Positions 57,746 through 64,000 of a stretch of 64,000 nucleotides of DNA are shown piece by piece (within the stretch, counting starts at the first letter, position 1; each line of letters starts with the position of its first letter). The notes beneath the pieces are model-generated. The model did not search any database, was not told the DNA's origin, and saw only the letters and a list, made by a program, of their open reading frames with translations. A program made the translations under genes and the position numbers. The stretch is from IMG/VR virus record IMGVR_UViG_3300018475_000095, one strand, 5' to 3'. This stretch comes from a virus. Its lineage: Duplodnaviria > Heunggongvirae > Uroviricota > Caudoviricetes.

Positions 57746-59251
57746 TTATACAGTTTTTAATGTAATTTCTGCATATCTATCTTTAGTTATTTCTTTTAGC
57801 AATGCTATATATGGATCTATTTCATTTGATAAAACCATATTTACGACTGCTGGACTAAATCCTGATACTAAAGCTACCCCTAAATCATTTTGAATTACTG
57901 GGATTGTCTTTGTTCTTGAATTAACATTCCAGAAAGACATTTTAGGTAATTTATAACCTGCATTCTCATATCTTTGTCTTATAGCATCAAATAATTTAGC
58001 ATCTGGAGCAGTATGATCCCATCTATTAGTTCTTGTTGCGTTTGTTGTAGCACATTCATCAAATTCCATATCTGATATAATTAAAATATTTGGTATCTCT
58101 TCTTGAGACATATTATTTTTAACTGCTGTTTTTAATATTAAATCAAATACAGCTTCAATATTAGTATTAGCAACCTCTGCTTCTGCATAAGCTACATTTA
58201 ATTTATCTTTTAAATTATCATATTTTTCAAAAGAAACTAATCTTGGTTGATTCGAAAAAGTGATAAATTTATCTTTAAACTCACCTTTACATCTTTCTGC
58301 AAAATAAATAGATAATGCAGTTGCAACATCTAATGCAGATGTGCTAGTCTTTCCTACATTACAAGTCATCGAACCTGAACCATCTCTAACTACTATAGTT
58401 GAACTATCTCCTTGAACATAATCAGGTAAAGATTTCCATAATTCTTCTAATGTGATATCTTTATTTCTACAATTTCTATACTTGCAAACTATATCATGAG
58501 GGAATAGAGTTGAAGCATTTATTTTTGTCTCACCTTTTTCAAGTTTAGATAAATAATCTCTTCTTCTATCTTCATCATGTCTTAAAAATGCCCCCATATA
58601 TTTTATGTTAGCTTGAGATGGTACATTTTCATATTTTATCTCTTCCCATTTATTTGAAGAACATTTTCTTTCTAACACATCTAAATGGTTTCTTAAATCA
58701 GAAAGCATTTTTCTATAATCTTTTTCTGACATTCCTAAATAAGATTTAATTCTCCTTGCTTTTCGTTTTGTTTCGCTTGAAGATGTATTTATTGATGGCA
58801 TCCATTTAGCTAATAATGATATAGGCTCTTTATTAACAAGATTTTTAGCATCTTTTCTCAATTGGGTTTTTACGTATTCAAGCATTTGTTTTTCTAGTTT
58901 AGTACCAAAGAAAACAAATAAATCATCGTATCTACCAAATTCAACAATCCAATCAAATACTCTTTCATCTAATTCATCTATAATTTCAGTTACACATGTT
59001 CTAAATAGTCTTCTTTCTCCTAAACCTTCTCTTGCATCTCTAGCATAGAATAGGTATTTAAGAGCGAGTTCTTTGTTTTCAAACCATGCTTTTTTAAATT
59101 CTATCTCAATTTCTTCTTCACTTGAATCCCTAAATGAAGATATTTTAAAGTTAAAGTCTAATAATGCTTTACCAGTAGCAGCATACCCTTTTGCACCATT
59201 TTCTGTGGTTGAGGTATTTAATTCATTTTTTAATCCTTGTAAAAATGTCAT
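57746..59251 (-). CDS. vWA-domain protein with Ro60/TROVE-like architecture (helical N-domain plus MIDAS)
   Basis: VVRDGSGSM is a MIDAS motif, preceded by a roughly 280-aa helical region. Size and domain order resemble Ro60/Rsr. Confidence 0.6.
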   Translation of the reverse strand: MTFLQGLKNELNTSTTENGAKGYAATGKALLDFNFKISSFRDSSEEEIEIEFKKAWFENKELALKYLFYARDAREGLGERRLFRTCVTEIIDELDERVFDWIVEFGRYDDLFVFFGTKLEKQMLEYVKTQLRKDAKNLVNKEPISLLAKWMPSINTSSSETKRKARRIKSYLGMSEKDYRKMLSDLRNHLDVLERKCSSNKWEEIKYENVPSQANIKYMGAFLRHDEDRRRDYLSKLEKGETKINASTLFPHDIVCKYRNCRNKDITLEELWKSLPDYVQGDSSTIVVRDGSGSMTCNVGKTSTSALDVATALSIYFAERCKGEFKDKFITFSNQPRLVSFEKYDNLKDKLNVAYAEAEVANTNIEAVFDLILKTAVKNNMSQEEIPNILIISDMEFDECATTNATRTNRWDHTAPDAKLFDAIRQRYENAGYKLPKMSFWNVNSRTKTIPVIQNDLGVALVSGFSPAVVNMVLSNEIDPYIALLKEITKDRYAEITLKTV

Positions 59252-59421
59252 AACAAGATTCTCCTTTTTAATTTATTTGCTGTTAAAATCTTTTATTTGT
59301 TTTTATTCACATGAGATTATACCATAAAATTTCAGGCACATCTTATGCTCTCCTATAATAATATACAGTAATTCACCTGAAATTTAACATCTAAATATAT
59401 TTATTTTTAATATTATTTATT

Positions 59422-60162
59422 CTATTCTTTTATTTTTAACACATTTATTCTTTTTGAATAAGCGGTCATTGCATCTAATGCTATAATTCCAGCATCTTCA
59501 AATGGTTCAAAGCACTCATATTCACTGCCATATTTCTTGTGTAGATTAAAATGCCCATACCCTGAATGCCAATGACCACATACTATAGTTTTATCTTTTT
59601 CTCTTACCCTATCATTCCATGCTTTCATACCATTGACCCATCGAGCACATTCCCAGTGATAATCATTACTATTTCTCCAATCTGGATTATAATTCAAAAT
59701 AGCATTGCTTGTCTCATAAGGTTCAGTTGCTGTTGTAAATGAAGGTATCCAACCGTGTACTATAATATATTTATCAACTTCAAAATAATTTACACAATTC
59801 TTTTTTATGAATTTAAGTACTTTCTTTAAATATCTTTCGTCTTGTAACTGCATACATGTAGATATAGTTCCATTTGAATAGTGATATGAAGAAGCAGCAC
59901 CACCTGTAAAATTTAACTCCTTAACACATTCTTCTAACAAATCTTCATGATTACCTCTTACATATACAAATCTTTTCTTATTGTTTAACCATTGAACAAA
60001 TTTAAATAATTCTACAGCCTCATTACCTCTATCAAATAAATCACCCGCCACTACTAGTATATGGTCTGGATTTTTTAAATCAAATTTTTTCTTCTTTAAT
60101 TCTTTCTTAAGTATGGAATAAAAACCATGGACATCACTAACTACAAAATATGTTTTACTCAC
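59422..60162 (-). CDS. calcineurin-like metallophosphoesterase
   Basis: SDVHG, GDLFDRG and GNHE motifs. Confidence 0.7.
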   Translation of the reverse strand: MSKTYFVVSDVHGFYSILKKELKKKKFDLKNPDHILVVAGDLFDRGNEAVELFKFVQWLNNKKRFVYVRGNHEDLLEECVKELNFTGGAASSYHYSNGTISTCMQLQDERYLKKVLKFIKKNCVNYFEVDKYIIVHGWIPSFTTATEPYETSNAILNYNPDWRNSNDYHWECARWVNGMKAWNDRVREKDKTIVCGHWHSGYGHFNLHKKYGSEYECFEPFEDAGIIALDAMTAYSKRINVLKIKE

Positions 60163-60523
60163 CTTGATTCCTCACTTCTATAACTTGAATATATTCTAAT
60201 AGACTACTGTACACCCTATTATCGTTATCACTGCAATTAAGAAACCTTGATTCAATACACTCAACTAATTCTTGATATGCTTTCTTATAATTTAATTTAT
60301 CTTCTACTATCACATCAATATCTTCACTTAATAGTAACCCTATTACTATATAATCACAAGGATAACCTGTTGTATGAGAAATACATTCTATGTGAGCTTC
60401 TTCTTTATTTTCATAAATATATTGATAGGTGTAAGTATCATCTCCTTTCTTATGATACTTTATTTTGCTATTAGGTTTAATATGTAACATATTCATAACT
60501 TCAATTAAATAATGACTATTCAT
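60155..60523 (-). CDS. hypothetical protein
   Basis: 122-aa ORF. Confidence 0.5.
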   Translation of the reverse strand: MNSHYLIEVMNMLHIKPNSKIKYHKKGDDTYTYQYIYENKEEAHIECISHTTGYPCDYIVIGLLLSEDIDVIVEDKLNYKKAYQELVECIESRFLNCSDNDNRVYSSLLEYIQVIEVRNQGE

Positions 60524-60703
60524 AATCTCTCCTATGTTTTTGTTTTCTACTATATTTCTTTTTATTTTTATAAACTTTACTTGGGTTAGAAGAAATGATA
60601 TTTATAAAATTTTCATCTCTTATTTTGATAAAAGTTGATTTAATGGTTTTATCAGGAAATACCATAGTAAATTTTTTCTTCATATTATATTATACAGTAA
60701 AAA

Positions 60704-60780
60704 ATGGCGATCCGTAGCGGACTTCAACCGCTGACCTTCTGCGTGACAGGCAGACGTTCTAACCAACTGAACTAACGGAC
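60704..60780 (-). tRNA. tRNA-Asp (GUC)
   Basis: Cloverleaf by hand: acceptor GGTCCGT/ACGGATC, anticodon loop CTGTCAC, CCA encoded. Confidence 0.7.
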
Positions 60781-60989
60781 CATATACCCTAACTTTATAT
60801 ACCTTCAAATAAATGCGTTAGGAACATTGATATTATCTTTTAGCTGTCAAGACAAGTATTAAGAAGCTCCTTTATCTCCCAAGGAAAGGACAAGAGTTTT
60901 ATCTGTACTCTGAAATCAGACAGCCAAAACATCTGCTTTTAAAGTTAGGATTCATAACATTAGTTTTAAGTGCACATTCCTAACAGGCT

Positions 60990-61078
60990 TGGCGGGGAGT
61001 GAGGGATTCGAACCCCCGTGCCCTTACAGACAAATGGTTTTCAAGACCATCCCAGTACGACCGCTTTGGTAACTCTCC
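60990..61078 (-). tRNA. tRNA-Ser (UGA), type II
   Basis: Anticodon loop CTTGAAA, long variable arm, T-loop TTCGAAT, CCA encoded. Confidence 0.65.
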
Positions 61079-61081
61079 ACG

Positions 61082-61157
61082 TGGTAGCTCTAAGGAGATT
61101 CGAACTCCTGTTTGCACATTGAAAGCGTGCTGTCCTAGCCAATTAGACGATAGAGCC
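61082..61157 (-). tRNA. tRNA-Glu (UUC)
   Basis: Acceptor GGCTCTA/TAGAGCT with G1:U72, loop CTTTCAA, T-loop TTCGAAT, CCA. Confidence 0.7.
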
Positions 61158-61163
61158 ATATTT

Positions 61164-61254
61164 TGGCGGTAAGTATTAGATTCGAACTAATAGTAGAAAT
61201 TGCTTCCTACGGCAGTTTAGCAAACTGCTGGTTTAACCATTCACCCAACTTACC
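61164..61254 (-). tRNA. tRNA-Ser (GCU), type II
   Basis: Acceptor GGTAAGT/ACTTACC, loop TTGCTAA, long variable arm, CCA. Confidence 0.7.
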
Positions 61255-61257
61255 ACA

Positions 61258-61333
61258 TGGTGCCTGGACTTAGAATCGAACTAAGATGGGTGGATTTTCA
61301 GTCCACTGCCTTGACCAACTAGGCTATCCAGGC
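61258..61333 (-). tRNA. tRNA-Phe (GAA)
   Basis: Acceptor GCCTGGA/TCCAGGC, loop CTGAAAA, T-loop TTCGATT, CCA. Confidence 0.75.
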
Positions 61334-61336
61334 ATA

Positions 61337-61412
61337 TGGTAGGAGAGATAGGACTTGAACCTATAATCTTCTGTGTATCAGACAGAAACCTTAACCATTT
61401 GGCCACTCTCCT
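61337..61412 (-). tRNA. tRNA-Ile (GAU)
   Basis: Acceptor AGGAGAG/CTCTCCT, loop CTGATAC, CCA. Confidence 0.7.
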
Positions 61413-61416
61413 ATAT

Positions 61417-61490
61417 TGGAGCGACATGTCGGATTTGAACCGACGACAACTGCTTGGAAGGCAGGAATGTTACCACTACACCAATGTCGC
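61417..61490 (-). tRNA. tRNA-Gly (UCC)
   Basis: Acceptor GCGACAT/ATGTCGC, loop CTTCCAA, T-loop TTCAAAT, CCA. Confidence 0.7.
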
Positions 61491-61493
61491 ATT

Positions 61494-61567
61494 TGGCAGG
61501 CCCTGAAAGACTCGAACTTCCAACAATGGTTTTGGAGACCATAGTTTTACCTTTAAACTAAGGGCCT
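61494..61567 (-). tRNA. tRNA-Trp (CCA)
   Basis: Acceptor AGGCCCT/AGGGCCT (A1:U72, G73), D-stem GTTT/AAAC, anticodon arm ATGGT-CTCCAAA-ACCAT, CCA. Confidence 0.75.
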
Positions 61568-61684
61568 AAAATTTGTAACCACCTATTGAGTTACCACTAC
61601 GCCGCCGATGGTTACATTCTTATATCGTACTTGATTCTCACCTTAATGACTAACTCTCGCGTAATAAGGAATAGATATAAGAAA

Positions 61685-61758
61685 TGGCAGGCTCTGATAG
61701 AATCGAACTACCACCTACAGAGTCAAAGTCTGTTGTTCTACCTTTAAACTAAAAGCCT
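61685..61758 (-). tRNA. tRNA-Gln (UUG)
   Basis: Loop CTTTGAC, T-loop TTCGATT, CCA. Confidence 0.65.
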
Positions 61759-61761
61759 ATA

Positions 61762-61837
61762 TGGTGTTCCCACCTGGATTCGAACCAAGATTTAAGGTTT
61801 AGAAGACCCTTGTACTAATCCCTTATACTATGAGAAC
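61762..61837 (-). tRNA. tRNA-Arg (UCU)
   Basis: Loop CTTCTAA, T-arm CTTGG-TTCGAAT-CCAGG, CCA. Confidence 0.7.
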
Positions 61838-61840
61838 AAA

Positions 61841-61916
61841 TGGTTGCGGGGACTGGGCTCGAACCAGTGACCTTCGGATAATGAGTCCGACGAGATTCCA
61901 TCTTCTCCACCCCGCT
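61841..61916 (-). tRNA. tRNA-Met (CAU) with unpaired 1:72 (A.A), possibly initiator-type
   Basis: Loop CTCATTA, T-loop TTCGAGC, acceptor AGCGGGG/CCCCGCA, CCA. Confidence 0.6.
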
Positions 61917-62179
61917 ATATAAATGTCTATGTGGAGTCACCTCACTAACAATATAAGACTGATACGACTTGCTATTTTGGATTACAAGCTTTACCTGCAA
62001 CTTAACATATGATACATTCGCAATCGATTAAGCTCTTTATTCGAGACATATCTCTGGTACTTAATGAAACCACCTATCTTTTGACTATAAGTTGATAAGT
62101 ACTTATTTATACCATAGGATTTACACCTATACTTTCCCGTATCCATATCGGGCTGGTCTAATATTTAACCTAGATATAA

Positions 62180-62264
62180 TGGTGGGATGTTATGGACTCG
62201 AACCACCGAACTCCGAAGAGATGAGATTTACAGTCTCAGGTCATTGCCGCTAGACAAACATCCC
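62180..62264 (-). tRNA. tRNA-Tyr (GUA), type II
   Basis: Acceptor GGGATGT/ACATCCC, loop CTGTAAA, long variable arm, CCA. Confidence 0.65.
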
Positions 62265-62267
62265 ATG

Positions 62268-62795
62268 TGGTGGACCCTCAGGGACTCGAACCCCGGACCA
62301 ACCGGTTCATCATCGATTGAGCTTATTTTAAGGAAGAAAGAATCTTATCAGCTAAGTAATCTTGCGCCATATGTATTCCGAGCTCTTGTTTATTTTTTGG
62401 TTCAACTAATCTCAACGTAAATGTTCTTGTTTTAATTTCCTCTTTAGGCAAAAGATAACATTTTCCAGCGATCGCTGTACAGAAGAAATCAATTTCTGAA
62501 TCATCATAAAATTTTACTCTTTTGTTATTACCGGAAGTTAATTGAACATACAAGTATTCATCATTATTTTTTAACTTTCCGCTTTTACATTGGATACGAT
62601 ATAATTTATTTTTATAATCAATAATAAAATCATATCTAAGTGAACCAAAAGGAATTGATATTCCGCAACCTAAACTTTGTAAATAATGCATTGAAGCAAG
62701 CTCAGCGCAATTTCCTTTAACAGCACTCTCTTCCATATAATACCTCTTAATCTTCTTGATGAGCCGGTAGCTCTAACCAACTGAGCTAAGGGTCC
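62268..62795 (-). tRNA. tRNA (CAU anticodon, Met/Ile2-type) interrupted between nt 36 and 37 by a 451-bp insertion (62308-62758)
   Basis: 5' half is GGACCCT-TA-GCTC-AGTTGGTTA-GAGC-T-ACCGG-CTCAT (62795..62759). 3' half is AA-CCGGT...CGGGG-TTCGAGT-CCCTG-AGGGTCC-A-CCA (62307..62268). The halves pair as the acceptor and anticodon stems. Confidence 0.6.
62323..62736 (-). CDS. Hjc-like PD-(D/E)xK nuclease encoded inside a tRNA anticodon-loop insertion
   Basis: GNCAELASMHYLQSLGCGI...YDFIIDYKNKLYRIQCK parallels the archaeal Hjc GxxAE...G...D...E(V)K pattern, with Q in place of E. AAGAGG RBS. Confidence 0.55.
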   Translation of the reverse strand: MEESAVKGNCAELASMHYLQSLGCGISIPFGSLRYDFIIDYKNKLYRIQCKSGKLKNNDEYLYVQLTSGNNKRVKFYDDSEIDFFCTAIAGKCYLLPKEEIKTRTFTLRLVEPKNKQELGIHMAQDYLADKILSSLK

Positions 62796-63067
62796 ACGGT
62801 CTTGGACGTTACATTTTTATTTTATAGACCATCATCCAAGGCAGGTCTAATTGTGTTTGGGCAGTTCATCTAACTCCATTTAACTACAGCTGCTGTTTCC
62901 GCACCATTTCCCTTCGAGATTTTTACTGATTATATAATCACGATTTTAGGAGCAACATCTTGAAGTAATGTGTCCCTTGGCTTCGTAGCACCCATACACA
63001 AATTTCTAATTTAATATCAATATATTTTATGTACACTTAAATATATTCTCTAAGGTATTAGCACCTA

Positions 63068-63143
63068 TGGAGCTTCCAGTCCGAGTCGAACGGACAACCT
63101 ACTGATTACAAGTCAGTTGCGCTGCCAATTGCGCCATGGAAGC
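63068..63143 (-). tRNA. tRNA-Thr (UGU)
   Basis: Acceptor GCTTCCA/TGGAAGC, D GCGC/GCGC, loop CTTGTAA, CCA. Confidence 0.75.
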
Positions 63144-63145
63144 AT

Positions 63146-63221
63146 TGGTCCGAATGGAGGGACTCGAACCCCCGACCTCATGGTCCCAAACCACGCAGTC
63201 TACCAACTGACCTACATTCGG
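63146..63221 (-). tRNA. tRNA-Pro (UGG)
   Basis: C1:G72, loop TTTGGGA with G37, T-loop TTCGAGT, CCA. Confidence 0.7.
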
Positions 63222-63480
63222 ATAAAGTATATTTTATATAATATGATAGGTTGGTTTATTCAAATTATATAAACTCGATTTATCAATTATTATTATCAGT
63301 TTTATAGTGTAACATCAAATATACAAACTTCCCACTTTTGTGCACCTTTTTGTCTCGTCAAAATTCTAAAAACGTATGTACCCTACCGCTTTCTACATAA
63401 GGAACGGAGATTTTACTTTGAAACTCACAAAGTCATGTCGAACCCATCTGCATTTTTATCTAACCGTCGTTAGAGGGTTA

Positions 63481-63555
63481 TGGTTGCGAATACAGGACTC
63501 GAACCTATAACTTACTGCGTATGAAGCAGCCACTCTACCATTGAGTTAATTCGCA
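63481..63555 (-). tRNA. tRNA-Met/Ile2 (CAU)
   Basis: Acceptor TGCGAAT/ATTCGCA, loop TTCATAC, T-loop TTCGAGT, CCA. Confidence 0.65.
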
Positions 63556-63759
63556 TTGTGCGTTTAACCTTAACGCAAAAGGACACATTTGGGTTTTTAG
63601 TTATTCCCACGACAGACCCATTATTTGCTTGTTTAACTATCCTGGCTTAATAAGAAACTATTAACCACTGTGAACTACTCTATCTAATTAACTCACATAT
63701 TAATTAGAGTAAATACCTTTCTAATAGAACTTGGTATTATCGGATTTATTTCTTATTAA

Positions 63760-63833
63760 TGGCTCCCCGGGTCCGATTCGAACGGACGGCCTATCGGTTA
63801 ACAGCCGAGTGCTCCACCGCTGAGCTATTGAGG
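63760..63833 (-). tRNA. tRNA-Asn (GUU)-like gene with a non-complementary 3' acceptor strand (possible pseudo or chimeric tRNA)
   Basis: Positions 1-65 are canonical: GCCTCAA-TA-GCTC...loop CTGTTAA...GTCCG-TTCGAAT-CGGAC. Positions 66-72 read CCGGGGA, which cannot pair with GCCTCAA. Confidence 0.4.
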
Positions 63834-64000
63834 CTTAACACTAAGTATTATATGCTTTGTTTTTCAATGTGTCAACACTTTTATGCAAATTTTATAAAAA
63901 AGATTTATTGTTTTTATAAATATTAAACAATGAAAAAATGTTTAAATAATTAAAAGTAAAAATACTGCATTCTATACCCCGGGTATCTTGGTGCGCGCCC

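Noticed and set aside
60527-60683. 55-aa lysine-rich ORF starting 3-4 nt after a class B -10 element.
   Set aside because: No SD. It would have to be leaderless, and the sequence is low-complexity. Kept only as a remark under the class B promoter finding.
61815-62000. Track ORFs 61815..62000 (-) and 62187..62420 (+).
   Set aside because: They overlap tRNA-Arg/Met and tRNA-Tyr/CAU-exon2 respectively. The tRNA folds are far better supported.
1-64000. Host using Mollicute-type genetic code 4 throughout.
   Set aside because: TGG is abundant and most long genes, such as nrdD at 1031 codons, contain no TGA. TGA-as-sense is sparse and gene-specific.
1-64000. CRISPR arrays, rRNA genes, integrase or transposase genes.
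   Set aside because: No direct-repeat/spacer periodicity, no rRNA-like conserved blocks, and no recombinase motifs were seen in any frame.

Overview
The window looks like a stretch of a large, very AT-rich virulent phage genome, probably infecting a low-GC anaerobe (suggested by anaerobic NrdD/NrdG). I recognise about 95 protein-coding genes and 18 tRNA genes, all on the minus strand. Genes are tightly packed with ATGA/TAATG start-stop overlaps. Conserved terminator-promoter cassettes recur in the intergenic gaps. I found no CRISPR array or rRNA; the GIY-YIG and Hjc-like endonuclease genes and the NrdD intein are listed as features.

Recognisable gene functions:
- Structural: a 592-aa protein that may be a tail fibre, plus small structural-like proteins.
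- Nucleotide metabolism: anaerobic ribonucleotide reductase NrdD (carrying an intein-like insertion with a GIY-YIG domain), NrdG plus a second NrdG-like protein, a divergent ThyX-like protein, thymidine kinase and inorganic pyrophosphatase.
- Replication and repair: SSB, ATP-dependent DNA ligase, RNase H.
- RNA repair toolkit: Rnl1-like and Rnl2-like RNA ligases, a polynucleotide kinase fused to an HD phosphohydrolase, CCA-adding enzyme, a minimal nucleotidyltransferase and two metallophosphoesterases.
- ADP-ribosylation: a WGR+PARP-like ADP-ribosyltransferase and a second small H-Y-E-like ADP-ribosyltransferase gene.
- Other: a Cu/Zn-SOD fusion, peptide deformylase, an SPFH membrane protein, a Ro60/TROVE-like vWA protein, a radical-SAM enzyme of unknown role, a split GIY-YIG homing endonuclease and a four-member paralog family sharing an N-terminal FETNSSSxHSL motif.

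The 3' end of the window (about 57.2-63.8 kb) holds the tRNA array.

The most striking signal is apparent UGA-to-Trp recoding. Seven otherwise intact reading frames, verified codon by codon, contain a single in-frame TGA. These include SSB, where the TGA sits at the conserved DNA-binding Trp position, and the GIY-YIG endonuclease. The array also contains an unusual tRNA-Trp-like gene whose anticodon is UCA and whose anticodon arm is duplicated: the second copy retains CCA and occupies the variable region.

Other notable items:
- A CAU-anticodon tRNA split in its anticodon loop by a 451-bp insertion encoding an Hjc-like PD-(D/E)xK nuclease.
- Two probable -1 frameshift sites in A-runs.
- A chimeric tRNA-Asn and GC-rich CCCCGGGT repeats at the window end.
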